Source: Eledone cirrhosa
Taxonomy: Eukaryota
NCBI GenBank assembly: GCA_964016885.1
Contig: OZ024740.1
Location: 108,314,001-108,378,000, forward strand
Length of the DNA stretch: 64,000 nucleotides
Direction: 5' to 3'
Below the pieces are notes generated by a model. That model was not told where the DNA came from and made no database searches. It worked only from the letters and a program-made list of their open reading frames with translations. The translations under genes were made by a program, and so were the position numbers. This document shows, one piece after another, positions 1 through 16,000 of the stretch. Each line of letters opens with the position of its first letter. Within the stretch, counting starts at the first letter, position 1.

Positions 1-530
1 CCTCTGGAATGGAAAGTGTATCTAATGATTTTGTGCGCACGATCCTTTCAGGAATAAGTGGACAAAGAAGACTGCACATGCATAAATCCTCTATGAAAAT
101 TGTGTGCAGAATCTTTGTTGATCCCAACTTCGTCACTGATTTTCCATACCATCAAACAATGATCTTCCATTACCACTGTCCAGAATTTCTACATTACAGT
201 CTGTTGATGGAACACTGGTCACTCTCCACATATGTGCAACTATCTTTAAGTCTCTACCATTATTTTATTTGGGTAATGGCCATAACATTATTGCCAGATG
301 TTGAATTTTGCAAATTATTTCTGTTTAAGTATCTCCAAGCTTTTAGCAAAACTTGATGCACCTCGTGTTCCATCCCGGCTTAAATGAAAATGCAACAAGT
401 AGTACAGCACCTCACACACTGACTACCTGACAGTAACTGAAGCATCCAGCAAGCTCAACAATGCATGCACGTGTATGAATGTATGCAGCTCCACTTTTAT
501 CTCCCCAACGCCATTATTTCCCATGGATGC

Positions 531-716
531 TGGATTGGCAGTATTGGTAGAGAGTTGGATGCCATGCTTTGAAGCATAGAGTTACGTCCCTTTATGATCT
601 GAGTTCAAATCGTGCCAAGGTTAACTTTGCCTTTCATCCTTACAGGGTTGATAAAATAAAATACCAGTAATACACTGAGTAATTGCTGGCTTTGTGCCAA
701 AAGTAGAAACAATTAT
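531..716 (+). mobile_element. tRNA-derived SINE (Deu/Nin-like core)
   Basis: A-box TGGCAGTATTGG, B-box GAGTTCAAATC, core GCCTTTCATCCTT..GG.TGATAAAAT..ACCAG, tail GTAGAAACAATTA; family repeated more than 15 times in the window. Confidence 0.85.
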
Positions 717-2148
717 TTCCCATGGACAAAAGTAAAGCCATACACCGTTTTGAAAAATCTTGTATAGTCAAAAATACGAAATCTTCCCAAAATATTTATA
801 AGTCCCTCCATCATCAGATGAATCTTAGCTATAATGTTTCAGTAAAATAAGTGTTCGCTATGTTATAAGAAAATAAATCTTCATTGCCAGCTTATTCCTG
901 CAAGGGTCATAGAGGCAGAGTCCTCAAACACTCCTGTCTCCCCAAGCGAGACCAACCAAGCTCATGGATGGTATCTAACCTTCTTGCTCTGGGTCTCTTA
1001 CCGGTTAGTTTTGCTCGTAAAATCTGTGGGTGGTGTAAGTTTGTGCACCAACTACAGTTCCTTCTTTGAGGATGTAGTTAAGACAGTCATATATCCTGAT
1101 TGGAAACTTCAATGCATATGTTGGCACTGACCACCTGACATGGAAAAAATGGCGACCCCCAATCTAAATACGAATGGAGAGGCTGTACTAAACTTCTGTT
1201 CTATTAGTGGGCTTTCTATTATGAACACCTAGCACAGAGACATCCATAAATAGACATGGTATAGTCAAGGACAGAGATCAATAATTCATTTTTTAATTGT
1301 CTCTGATTCTGCGCTGAATGTTCGAGGGTTTGAGCTGTCAACTGATCACCATCCAGTTATCTGCAACTTGACACCTAAAGCCAAAGAAACACAGAAATTA
1401 AATCAACATATATAATTAATCTATTCTAAATATTGGGTTCTTCCTAAACTGACAAGGAATAACATTGCTGGAACTAATCGATATAGACACAACTTAAAAT
1501 CAAATATATCCTGACTAACTATGTAGGGACTAAATTCATTGCGAAGCAGGTTTAAGTGGACTAGCCAGTATGAGAGCTATGATAAGCAGTTGTGTCCCTT
1601 GTTGAGCCATCAAAATAACGACAAAATAATAGATATGAAATCAACTTGAAAGTTTGTGGTTAGGGTTAATGTGAATTCAATTCTAGGCAGTGCGTTATGT
1701 TCTTAAACAAGATGCTTCATTTCATGTTGCTTTTCGTGACAGGACTGGTCCTCCTGCCATTAGACTACATGAAAAACCTATGAGATGCAACTTCGGACGT
1801 GGTCAGATATAAGCCGTAATTTTTTTTTTCCTCTCTCAAATAAGTTAACTTGGCTTGTATTGCCTAAATTACTGGCAAAGCGACAAAATATTACTATCTC
1901 CAACATTACTTGAAGCCATAGCGTGAAACGATGGGTAAATTGCTGAGGAGCTTCCGTTGAGATGGTCAAATTTAAGCAATAACTAAGAACCCCAAGGGTT
2001 CGGAATGTAAAGAAAATTTAAAAAAAAGATTTAACAAATATTTTTTTCGGCGGCAGAATATACGGGGGTGGGGGGGGTGGGGGGGGAATACAAAATTAAG
2101 TGGAGTAAGAGCATTAATAACAGGTTCAGGCATGAAACCTGTTAACTT

Positions 2149-2613
2149 TAATTGTTTCTACTTTAAGCACAAGGCCAGCAATTACACAGTACATTTCTAG
2201 TACTTTATTTTATCGACCCCGTAAGGATGAAAGGCAAAGTGAACCTCGGCGGGATTTGAACTCAGACTGTAAAGGGACGTAACTATGCTAGAAAGCATGG
2301 CGTCCAACCCTCTACCGATAATAATATTACACAACGGTGAATTGGCAGTAAGTAATGCACTGGGATAATTGCTGGCCTTGTGCCGAAAGTAGAAACAACT
2401 ATTAAGTAACTATATAAGCGCGGTGGATTCGCAGTATCGGTAGAGCGTCAGACACCATGCTTCGCGGGATAGAGTTACATCCTTTACGTTGAGTTCAAAT
2501 CCCGCTTAGGTTAGCTTTGCCTTTCATTTTTACAGGGAGGATAAAGTACCAGTGATACATTAGTGTCGATTAAATTGACTTTCTCTTCCCTTAAAATTGC
2601 TGGCTTTGTGCCT
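2149..2613. mobile_element. Cluster of SINE copies (2149-2320 minus; 2334-2403 internally deleted plus; 2418-2613 plus)
   Basis: Same A/B boxes and core motif, present in both orientations. Confidence 0.85.
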
Positions 2614-3212
2614 ATTTATTTTATTCAATTTAGACGTCCGTATAGAGCTAGTAAGCCATGACAGACTCTGGGAAGTATCGAGTACTCCTTACAGTTGGTA
2701 ATCAAAAAGAGCTAGTGAGACGAGCAATAACAAATAAAAAAATAACATTTTTTAAATGAGAAAAGAGGAAAAGAATAAAAATAACATTTCAAATATTATA
2801 TTGAAGGCCAATGGGAGGCAGATTATGCCTAAGAAAAGGAAAAGAGAAACAAGGGAAGCTGTAAAGCAGCTAGAAGTTTCTCTTGTTGAATCTTTCCGTA
2901 GCTTCCATATTTGGTACACCTGTAATCAAATATTGAACTTCCAATCTTAGTAGTTTTTTTAAAGATTGGTTTCAACATGGTCTCAGACTAATAGTTTCTA
3001 CATTGGTACAAATAGTGCCAAAGAGTTTTTGGAGAGTCACTACAAGAACATAGAAGTGAATCTCTATGACCCTGTTCTTGACAGAATGTAGTTCGAAGCC
3101 AGCATTTTTTTTTTTTTTTTTTTTTTTTTTTATTATTATTCGCTTTACTCAATGATCGAAAGTTTTTGAAATTTGTGAGCTTATCTCTGTAGAAACAATT
3201 AAGTAAATATAT

Positions 3213-3597
3213 AATTGTTTCTACTTTTGGCACAAGGCCAGCAATTATCCCAGTGTATTACTGGTACTTTATTTTATCGACCCCGTAAGGATTGAAAGGC
3301 AAAGTTAACCTCAGCGGGATATGAACTCAGACTAAAAGGGCTGTAACTCTTTGCTGCAAAGCATGGCGTCCAACCCTCTACCGATACTTCGGGGCGGTGG
3401 ATTGGCAGTAACTATATAATTGTTTCTACTATTGGCACAAGGCCAGCAAATACCAGTGCATTACTGGTACTTTATTTTATCGACCCCGTAAGGACGAAAG
3501 ACAAAGTTAACATCGGCAGGATTTGAACTCTGATCGTAAAGGGACGTAACTATGCTGGAAAGCATGTCCGACCCTCTACCGATACTGCCAATTCACT
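3213..3597 (-). mobile_element. Two tandem SINE copies (3213-3388, 3417-3597)
   Basis: Each shows ATTGTTTCTAC..GGCACAAGGCCAGC..TTTATCGACCCCGTAAGG..TGAACTC. Confidence 0.88.
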
Positions 3598-4348
3598 ATA
3601 TAATGGCAGTAGATTGGTAGATTGATAAGAGTCGAACAAGTCCATAGTCATTTGTTCCAGTCCTTTACATTCCGAGTTCACCTTTGCTTTTCATATTTGA
3701 CTGGTTCTTCTTTTTCCTGGTCTTAAACTTTATTCTATCTGTTTTGTTTTGTGACTCGATACGCATTTCTGTGTATGTTTGTCATGTCTATTCCGTCTTC
3801 AGTCATTATGTTGCAGGTTGCTACTATTCCACTCGTGCTTTCTGTTCAGATTAAGTTTATTTTCTATTATGTGTGTGATCTGTGTTGGGTCAACTCTATG
3901 TGCAGATAGGATCTTTATTTCTGTTATCTATTGATTGAGCCCTCGTTTTCTAGTTTGGCATGTTATAGAACTGATGAGCTTTTCCCTTCATTAAGTTCTC
4001 GCCAGTGTTAATCTCGCTCTTAGTGGTTTCATTTGTGTAGAAACAGCATTGACCTCTTCAATACATGAAACAGACTATACTGAAGACAACTTCTTCAGAG
4101 AGCATTCTTACAAAGAATAAAATTTATTTGTTAGTAAACAAAACACATTCACACATACATAATATGTATTATATATCCTCGTTTATCATCCACCTTCCAC
4201 GCTAACATGGGTTAGACGGGTGGACCCATTTGAAGAAAGTTGGGTCAGGTGACCATGTCTTGCTCATATAGAAGTTTCTGGCTAGATTTCTACAGCTGGA
4301 TGCCCTTCCTAATGCCAACCACATTTAATATATAATATATACGTAATA

Positions 4349-4451
4349 TACAGGTCAAATCCCTGGCTACATGCTCAATGTGTTCAGTCGATCTCGTTAT
4401 AAAGAATTTTCTATACCCCGTGAATTTCGTTATAACGGAGTTTTACTGTAT
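4349..4451. mobile_element. Degenerate pogo/Tigger-like MITE remnant
   Basis: Right end TCGTTATAACGGAGTTTTACTGTA is the reverse complement of a TACAGTAAAACTCCGTTATAACGA-type TIR; left end starts TACAG but is decayed. Confidence 0.45.
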
Positions 4452-5088
4452 ATATCCTTTGGCAAGTCAGAAAGTTCTCTGGACATGGTCTGGTATATTA
4501 TGTAGCAGCAGCACTTTCCCAAATGTGAAAAATATTACATTGTAATACACAGAGCTTTCTAATGAATCAGGGGGATTGAACTGAAGTATTATCCGACTCT
4601 AGAGGGAACAACCAGTGGGATCTAACATACTGTAGTGAAATAAAAAAAAATGTTTAATGCAAGAGACAAATTATAAAACTTTAGTGATATGGTGGGAACC
4701 CAAGATGAGCTAATAATGAAGACAATTACAAGCATATTTAAACAATACTAAACCTCCTTAGTGCAGCAGTTTTAATTTGTATTTATCAGGTCTTATATTT
4801 ATCTAAAAAAAAAAAAAAATTAAAAAAATAAAAAAAAATCGTCCACCATAATTATATGTGAGGACCCTTAAATTATGGCCCAAACACCAGCTTAATTATA
4901 TTAACTAAATCTCAAAATTCCTGTTTTTGAAAGTATTTGAAAATCATATGCAATGTCTTTCACTGAAAATGTAACAATAGAGTTAAAATAAATTTAAATT
5001 TATACTAATAAAGTATTTTGAGTAAAGAAAACCAAATAAGAAAAGAAAAAACTATGTACAAGAGAATATAATTTACAAGTTTTCCAGT

Positions 5089-5094
5089 TTTATT
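5089..5094 (-). terminator. Candidate polyadenylation signal (AATAAA) of beta-tubulin
   Basis: AATAAA on the minus strand ~225 nt after the stop, followed by T-rich sequence. Confidence 0.55.
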
Positions 5095-5318
5095 CAATAC
5101 TTTACATCAGTCAAGGTACATTGAGAACACAGAGTCTGGGTGACCAACAGTTTTTCTTCTTCATGAGATAGATAAGATAGATAGATAGAGATAGAGAAAG
5201 GTGGAAAAAAAAGAACAGACAGTGGAGGGAGAGAGAGGAGAGGGGGATTCGAAATGGAATGTCAAAAAATAAAAGAAGAAGAAAGTAATTAAAGTGAATG
5301 GATGTTGTTTGTGTTTAT

Positions 5319-6131
<813 letters not shown>

Positions 6132-6360
6132 CTACAACAAAATAAACAAGAAAATCAGTTATATGTATGGCAGTATAGGCATTTGTGTTAAATGGATCTA
6201 TCTGGTTTATAATTCTACCTACTCATTGAATTTAGTCGAAATGGCTGAGTATTCACAAGCACATGCCCCTTCAACATAATTCTCTAGCAATTTCAGCACA
6301 GAAATATGTAACAAGCCTAGAGCTTCCATCGAGCCAATTTCAATTAAAAGGCTTTGGTCA

Positions 6361-6891
<531 letters not shown>

Positions 6892-7389
6892 CTATCAAGT
6901 ATTAATCATAGATCGATATTACACAGAGACGTCATCTACATAAGAAACACAAGTATTAAGTTCTACACTTCTGATGCTAATCACCTTAATACCATCCTGC
7001 CTAAAACCGCTACCATTTCTATGAAACAAAACCCATTTTAAATGGGTTCCTATTTAAATTAATTCTTTCAGCATAACTCGATACAAAAAGCTTTCAAGTT
7101 ACAAATACCATCTTCACAATTTCTAATTTAGGCACCAGACCGGCAATTTGTAGTAGGGGCTATCGATTAAATTGACTTCAGTACTTGACTGGTACTTTTT
7201 ATTGACTCCAGAAGAATTGAAAGGCAAAGTTGACAGTGGGGGCGGGGATTTGACTGAAACAAACTCCACAAGCCATTTTGCCAAACACCTATAACATCTT
7301 AATGAAACAATTTTAAATCTTTCCAAATTTTTCATAAATTCAAATATACTGTATTTCTTTAGATATGTAAATCTAAAAGAGGGTTAAAC

Positions 7390-7575
7390 AATTGTTTCTA
7401 CTTTTGGCACAAGGCCAGCAATTACCCAGTGTATTACTGGTACTTTATTTTATCGACCCCGTAAGGACGAAAGTCAAAGTTAACCCCGCCAGGATTTGAA
7501 CTCAGATCATAAAGGGCCGTAACTATGCTGCAAAGAATGGCGTCCGACCCTCTACCGATACTGCCAATCTACCGC
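7390..7575 (-). mobile_element. SINE in beta-tubulin intron 2
   Basis: Full-length family match; a more decayed copy lies at ~7120-7260. Confidence 0.88.
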
Positions 7576-7744
7576 TAATGACTAAAATAGTACGCATTTA
7601 CATTTTGCTAAATATGGGAGACAACTCCGGACTGCCCTTCCGTTTCAGTATGAGAAACACTAATATTTCATATCTATTTTAACATTTTTTAAAACCCTCA
7701 TTACATTAATGCAGATGGCAAGCCTAATTAGCTAATCATAATTA

Positions 7745-7888
<144 letters not shown>

Positions 7889-9750
7889 CTAGAGAAGTTG
7901 AAAAAAAAAAAAAACTTTTATAATATATATGGTTCGAGAAAGATCGATAAAATAAGTACTAAACTCAGAAAAAAGTACTGGTGTCGATATGATCGACTAA
8001 AGTGACCCCAGTCTAACGACTGAAAGCAAAACACACACACACAATAGTATAAAAATAAAAAATATTTTCTATCACATTTTATTCACGTCTCTAGAAACAC
8101 AAAAGCTACCCTTTTAGTACAACAATGGCGTCATCGAGATGGAGATTAATATCCATGGGGCAACGACTAGTATTGCATTTAAAATAAAACAAAAACCTTG
8201 ACAGGCACGCACGTTGAAGAGCAACTTTGTAATTGCAAATTTAGTCCCGCAAGACAAACAGGAGAGCTGGAATACACATGCTGGAGAAAAGCCCTTGAAG
8301 GGGTTTCCATGCTCTAACCTGTTGGTCGCTAGAGAAACCACGGGTAAATGAATGGCGTGCGCGATGTGCCGATAAGGATCCATCAGGGAGGGCCAGTTAC
8401 AAATCCTTAACAGACGTTAAAGGCTAGCAAAAGTTATCAAGTTGAAGAGAAAACAAATTTCTATACAATGTACCCAGAGTAAATTACAACTGCAGTAGGC
8501 AAAGTATCAGAGACAAACTTCGTATATAACATAAGCACAGGAGCAGTCAGCACTAAGAACTATCAGAAATAATCCTTAGAATTAATCGATAGCTATTGTT
8601 ACTTAACTAATTAACAGTGGAAATATTTCTGTAGGTATAGCCAGAGTAGAAAATGTGGAAAAGGTCAGAACTATTATTACCTGTTGATAGAAGTAAAAGG
8701 CAGATTGTGAATAATGTGTAGTGTATAAAACAAGACTGCTGGTACAGGCATGTGATGCGTATGGAGGATGTCAAAGAATTGCCAAGATTTGTAAATGAAT
8801 GGAACTTATTAAAGGAGACCTAAGAGAGCACGGGATGAGGTGAGGAGGGACTGACCGCAAAAAGATAAACTCCCGAAAGAGATGACAAGTTATAACATAA
8901 CCATGAATGGCTAAGACTAATCTTAACGGTCACAAATCTAACATTTGAAAGGATTATTAATATATGAGGTTTCATTCTCAGATCAGATATATAAGTCTGT
9001 CTAAATATCTTAATTTTGGTTTGTGAAGTGGTTTTCCCCAGAATATAGTTCACTTTAAAACACTGTTACAAAGCTTTTATGCTCAACGTCCACTAAGATA
9101 TACACATTCCATACACACCTTTATGAAACACCAGTGCTACTGCTATACATATCAATCTATATTAAAGAAATCATCTTCAGCTTTATTTCAATGATGGAAT
9201 AAATTTTCGTTCAATGCATACACATACAATTCTAACACGAAATATCCGGCGATATTGCGAACCAAGTATCAACTTTGTGTTTATATCAATACTCACATCT
9301 GAAACTAAACATACACATTCTCTAAAGTTGGTTGTCTACTTTGAGAAATAAATATGAACACAGTACATGCATACACAAAAAAAAAAAAAAAAAAAAACAA
9401 GCAGAGACTAAATTATTTTCAATTATACTAGCGTGAACATGCTATCTTAAAAATAACAGGTTTGGCTGTGACGTTTAACACACACACACACACACTTTGG
9501 GCAAGAACATACGCTAAATAATCAACACATACATCTCTACATCTAACTTCTACAACAAGAGGTTTCGAATTTAAAAAATAAAAATTTAAAAATGCCTTTT
9601 AAAAAAAATGGACACTGCATAAATTAGAGAAAATTATCATACAGGAGGAATAAGGCAACTCCTCTAGTGTTGGCGTCACGATAAAATGTACCCAATAGAG
9701 TAAAATGGTTGCTAATAAAACAGACACTAAACTAGTGAGATCGCAATTTC

Positions 9751-10032
9751 AAGAGATATATATATATATATATATACACTTTGGTCGTGCTAGTGGATGG
9801 GAGTTACAAGCCGATTGTGTCTACACCATTCAGAAACCACTAAGTATTTTTGGCTCTAACCATTGTTGGCACATATTTTTACCTCTCAAGAGAGAGATAT
9901 ATATATATATATATATACACTTTGGTCGTGCTAGTGGATGGGAGTTACAAGCCGATTGTGTCTACACCATTCAGAAACCACTAAGTATTTTTGGCTCTAA
10001 CCATTGTTGGCACATATTTTTACCTCTCAAGA
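9751..10032. repeat. 141-bp direct tandem duplication in tubulin intron 1
   Basis: CACTTTGGTCGTGCTAGTGG... starts at 9777 and 9918; each unit begins with a (TA)n run. Confidence 0.95.
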
Positions 10033-13000
10033 GGTAAGAGAAAGAATGTAAAATAAATAACACACTCATCTGGCAGGAAATTAACCCTATCCGTGTTGTA
10101 AATGTATTTGGTGCGATTCTCAATCAATATATCATGTGAGGGAAATCAAAGAATGATAGAAGCAATTAAATTCTTGAATGAGCCGTTACTGCCTTATTCT
10201 TTAGAGACTTAGCTGTTGCTTTTATGATGTATAACAACCATGTAGAGAATAACGACTGCAATGTGTCATTTGTAACATTGAGTTGAAAGTTATATTAAAT
10301 TTGTATAAAGGACAAAAAGAAATTGAAGATGTGGAAGCAAACATTGGAATAGAAAGGTCTAATCAAAAACTGCAGTCGTAAGCAGGTAAGAAAACAATAG
10401 TCACACCAATAGGAATTAGTCGTCTGCATGGGAAAAGACTTGGTATGATGAACATGCTGAACAGTTAAAGGACAGAGACCTGTGGAAGAAGTTAAGATCT
10501 GGTCACCTATGCAAATATAGCAAATCCAATATAAAAGTGAAAGTGGGTGTTGATGGAATTAATTCATCAACTGCCCTATTTGCTGAACAGTAACAATATC
10601 AATATTTCTATCAATGAAATAAATACATACATACTCTCAATGTTCCTGAAACGTTTCACTTAAATTTCAATTCATTTCATAAAATAAATATGTTCACTTT
10701 CGACATGCTCTAATACACAATCGATCTTTTATTCCTGCGTTATACTTATAGTTAGAAACAGAAAACACACACACACACACACACACACGCGCGCGTTATT
10801 TCAGGGCACACTATACGTAACGGGGGGAAAAATTGGTAAGACTATAGTCACAAGATCATAGGCCGGCTGAATGAGGGCAGACACTAACAATAACATTATA
10901 TACACATTATATATTACATGCTAGCGTAGAAGATGGACGTTAAACGATGATGATGATTACGGACTGAAAACGGTAAAAACCTCATTGTTTATAGTGGTTA
11001 AAATAAAATTAAAATAACTTAGAAAACACAGACGAAACAAGGATTAATGTAGTTAAATATTTCAGACATTGAAGTTTTATATTTTAATTTAATCACATGC
11101 CCACAACCTCCCATCCCGTTTCTTAGAGAAAGAAAAACTATATATAGAGATGATGACACGGGTCGAGTATGCCTAAAAAAAAAAACCTTGTCCAACCAAT
11201 GCTACTATATGTGTGTGTACACACTTTTTTTTTTTTTTTAGCGATACGTCTAAATACATTAAGGTAATGAATCTAGACACGGGTATGTACGAGAGCGGCT
11301 GATAACATTTTTAGATCCATGCTGTGAGTTTAATCCAAATGGATTAAAAAAAAAATAAATAAATAAATAAATAAATCGACACTTAAATATATAATCAGTC
11401 TCTGCAACAAGGCAATGTTAATCATCCATTTTACTGAATGTAGTAAGTCTGGATTAAATAAAGCAACTTTTATGCCAATTATATATTACTGGGTCTCACC
11501 AAATTTTTAATACTTCGTGTCTTAATGTCACTAAATATATTTAATTTGAGTTTTCAGTAATCTTAAAACGTGACTTGGACCATTTACAATGGTCAGCTTA
11601 TACACGTTCAGCGAACCGCTAATATTTATAACTATTTCAGTAATATATGCTTCTAACTGCTTTCGGACAATACACATAAAATATAAATGTATATTACAAA
11701 TATACAGGCACACACGGACATAGCCACACAAACCGATTACATATACACATAAAGGACTAAAACCGCCATCATCCACCTATCTTTGTGTAAAGGCCGGGGT
11801 GGGGGACCAATTCCCAAAATATTAGAGAAGACAATGTTACTGAGTAACAAATGTCTATTTTTGTGGAGTACGTTTCTGCATTCTCTGGACAGGTGCACGG
11901 TATACACGTGCCAGTCACGAAAGGGTGTATACTAAAGAAAGTAGGGATGGGAAATTCAAACAGATCGATGCCGATTCCCTATGCCGCCACAGTTCACATT
12001 TTCTGATAAAATTTGCCTAATAATACCAAACATGCCTTAGCGTATTTCAGAGACAATATAACATGTAAACCGCAATGCGACAGACCACCTGTTGCCACGA
12101 TCGAAATTTCTGTTTGTTGCTAGTCTACAGGCGCTCAATATCACTCCTAGATAGTCGTCCATGTAATGATGGAACCAGCCGTCCTTCCTGCTTAAATTTA
12201 TACCGAATTACCAAATCGAACCCCTACTACCACTAGGTCTTCCTCTCCCACCCGTGTATTACCACTTCTGCACATCTTTCATGCAGTCATCTACCTTCAA
12301 TGTTAACACCAACCTAACTGACCTCTAGTGTAACGGCTATGGACACCTCCATCCTCTAAACTTGGCTGGAGAGGGGGGGGGGGGCTATATAGAGAATCCA
12401 ACTAAACACCAGACGAGCACAAGCAAGCTGCCCAGTCCTTTTGACGTCGCGCAAAAGAAAAAAAAAAAAAGCGAATGAATGGTACATCTGAAAAAATGCT
12501 TAATAGAAAGATTAAATGGGGCCGATTTAACGAATGACATGCATTTATTTAATCAATATACAGAATCTCAAAGTCATGAAAAACCATGACATTATATAAA
12601 AATAATTAAACAGTATCTAATAAAAACAAAACACTTAACGGGAACGAAAAAAGAAAAAAAAGGATAAAGGAATGAAGGAAGAAGGGCAGACACTACACTC
12701 CAGTCTGAGCGGTACATCTCAGCCGCGCTTCGGACAAAACGATAGAGCTTTATCACGGAGAATGACCAGACCTGCTGCAACAACAGCCAACCCAGCTCAC
12801 GAGGCTCCTTCATCAAGCGGGCTGTCGTCCGACTTTACGCAGCGCAGACCAAAGACTCTAGGTCTCCACGAAGACCTGTGTGAAGAAGTATTTAACTGCC
12901 TTGCTCATCGCACTGCGGACAGCGGAGCCCGGGTTTGTGGCCGACGATATAGAAAATTTGGATGAGGTTTCAATTATTTGGTTTAAAACTTGGATAAAAT

Positions 13001-16000
13001 ATCTCATATTTTCCCCAACCCCCTCCCCGCTATCATTGATTATTTTAAAATTTAGATTGAATCGAAGTACATTAGAACGGAAATATTTTTCTTTTAATTT
13101 CATCCTAACAAAATGAAACTATTTACTATCTCGATTATATCTAATTTTCTTACGAATTATGAAGGTCAATTTTCGGGACCAATGTTTGCCAGTGAGAACT
13201 AATATTAATTCTATCCTTTTTATATAGAAATAAAAAAAAAAAAAAGAAAATATTAAAAGAAACCGAAAACAAAATTTCCCTATAACCACACCCTCTTCGA
13301 ACAAAACATACACGACACTATGAATGAAAAATAATTTCAATTTGAAAATCATTTAACATAGTAATTACAGCAAGAAACGCCACGAAATGTAATTTTCAAC
13401 TGGTCAGAATGTACGATAGAACTAATTACCTAAGTAACGTAATGTGATTACGATACCTTGGTAACGTAATCAGTGACAGGGTGGGTGGGTATTATAAATT
13501 AATAGCTACTTTACAGTAACAGTAGTAGCAGTTGCACTAAAACTCTAATTACGGTTCATGTTGGGAGTTTTCTGCGGGTTAACTAACCATTTCAAGAATG
13601 ACATGGTTAGTCGAAATGTGGGCGACATTGTGCAAAAGAGGTCCCATCAAATTACTTTTATTAGTCGATACCTTTTTCTTTCAATACAAACATATATACC
13701 GATGTATCGGCTGCCTATGTTCATACAAATCCATGAATATATTTGGAAAACGCAATGCACCAACATTGATATAGCAGCCCCCCCCCCTCCCGAATTATAG
13801 AACTACCGTAGAAACCAACACTAACTACTCATGAAAAAATAGTGTGTGTGTGTGTGGGGGGGGGGGGACTAAAATAAATAAAATAATAAAATTGAAAGAA
13901 TATTCCACAAGAATGCAACAAATAGGAATCATTTCCTGAAAAGGTAGTATTATTGGAATGCTTTACCAGAAACTGGTGTACTCAACCACTATAAAATTAA
14001 TTGTCAACATAAAATATCAAGATATCCTGCACCATTAGGTGCATATTTTAGTCTCATTATACTGACGAGTTATGTGATAAGTATTCAATAATAAAAGTAA
14101 ATCGATGGAAGTCTTGTTATACTGTAGTATAACTTGGGAATCGGCTTTACTATATATAGTCGATCGATCAATCGATATATCTAAATGAACAAACGGATTC
14201 CATTGTATAATCTATGAAAGAAACATTTTCTATAAATATATAAATATATAATGAGAAAAAAAATAAAAATACGTTTCTGTAAAATCCATCATGAAATAAT
14301 TTACATTGCTTTCTTAATTACACTGATCTTAAAACAAGAGCAATCTAAATTACTGCAATTGAAATACCAGACTAGCAGTACTTCGTGTGTTGCTACAGGG
14401 TCGAGCTCTTCATTACAGAAGCATTTCATTAGTTACACCTCTTAAAAGATCATTATCATTCTCTACAAAACACACAATAGAAAAGTTTCAATGTTATATC
14501 TCAGAATGCCAGATTAGCAAAATTGATAGAGCGTCAGATAAAATGCCTTACAATATTTGTTATAAATCACGTCCCGAGTTCAAATCCCGCCAAGGTCAAC
14601 ATAGCTCTTCATCTATCAGAGGTCGATTTGTGCCACCAGCGCCTCAAATGCCTATTCTTTCTTATGAATATACTTTGGTTTTAATTAAAATGTTTTATTT
14701 GAACATAAAAACTTTACGGTGGAACTATGGCTTTGTGAGGAAATTGCCATAAATTTACGGATTATTATATACAATTCTTTAGCTATTTCATTATATGAAA
14801 TGTGAATTTTCACGTTTATCGAACTACGCTCAAATGTTTGTTTTTTTAGTACGAAAAAGCAATTTCATTATATTTCTTATTGCACTGGTCTTGTTCCAAA
14901 AGTAGAATCAATTATTAATTACTAAAGAAATCACTCGGTGAATTTATCGTCATTGAGATAAAAAGTGGCGGGAGAAGAAATCAGGCGCTACACTTCAGAA
15001 ATATATAATAAACTAATGTAGTCCTAAATATGGTACTTTACACATACACATATCATCGTTTAACGTCTATCTTCCACGCTAGCATGAGTTAGACGGGAAT
15101 TATCCCATTTGAGGCAAGATTAGTCGGGTGACCGTGTCTCGCTCGTATATACAAATATATACAATTTAAAATATTTAAATGAAACAAAAACAAAGAAAAG
15201 AATTAAGCAACGAAATGGCCAGGCACAAATATACCCCCCCCCCTCTCGCGTTCGTGCCCAGCGATTCCCGCTAAAACAGCCGCTTCACCGGCCTACTTTT
15301 CCGATTTTGCAGAATAGAGGACACCATAGGTCTCGACGGTGACCGGTACGAAGAGGAAAAAGAATGTGACTAGCAGCTGCTACAAGGAATCGAACTCTGT
15401 ACCTCTCAAACACCGACCGAGCGCTAAATATTTCAATGACTTTACACACAGGTATTAAATGGGCTTTCCCTGCATGACATTGTTTTTATATCACCCAGAA
15501 AGTTGGTTCTCAAAGGAAAAGGGAAAAAAAAAAAAAAAACAGCGAAATCACATGAATCTTTTATTCACAATCATTTCAAGTTAGACTGAAAATAACACTA
15601 ACTTTACAAAATAGTTTTTAATAATAATAAAAAAAATGAAAGCAATAAAATTAATTAATATAAAAATCATTTATGTTCATTTTAAAATATGGAATGGAAT
15701 AACAGATGGAATTACATGATCTTTTTTTATTTACAATGTGTGCGTGTTTTAACATAATATATGATATATGCTTAAGTATATACCATATAAAAGTCGCATC
15801 ATTCCTATGAATTTACGTAAAAACCCAGTTGCTGGGTTTACAAAACATTTTCATACATTGTATGTAAAATTAAGTTGCGACTTATATACCAGTGCATCGT
15901 ATATTGCAAAAGATTGCATATTATAATTCATTTCACGTTGATGCAAGAGGCATTTAGGTGCTATAACTAGCAAGTCCGGTGACCATGTAGGTGCACCCTC

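Noticed and set aside
9-356. 115-aa ORF at the window start
   Set aside because: No recognisable motifs; probably decayed transposon sequence.
3970-4100. CTGATGAG and CTGAAGA strings
   Set aside because: No properly placed stem II/GAAA/stem I; at most a decayed relic.
15370-15432. tRNA-like sequence on the minus strand (GAGTTCGATTCC)
   Set aside because: Only a B-box/T-arm; no full cloverleaf. Probably a decayed SINE head.
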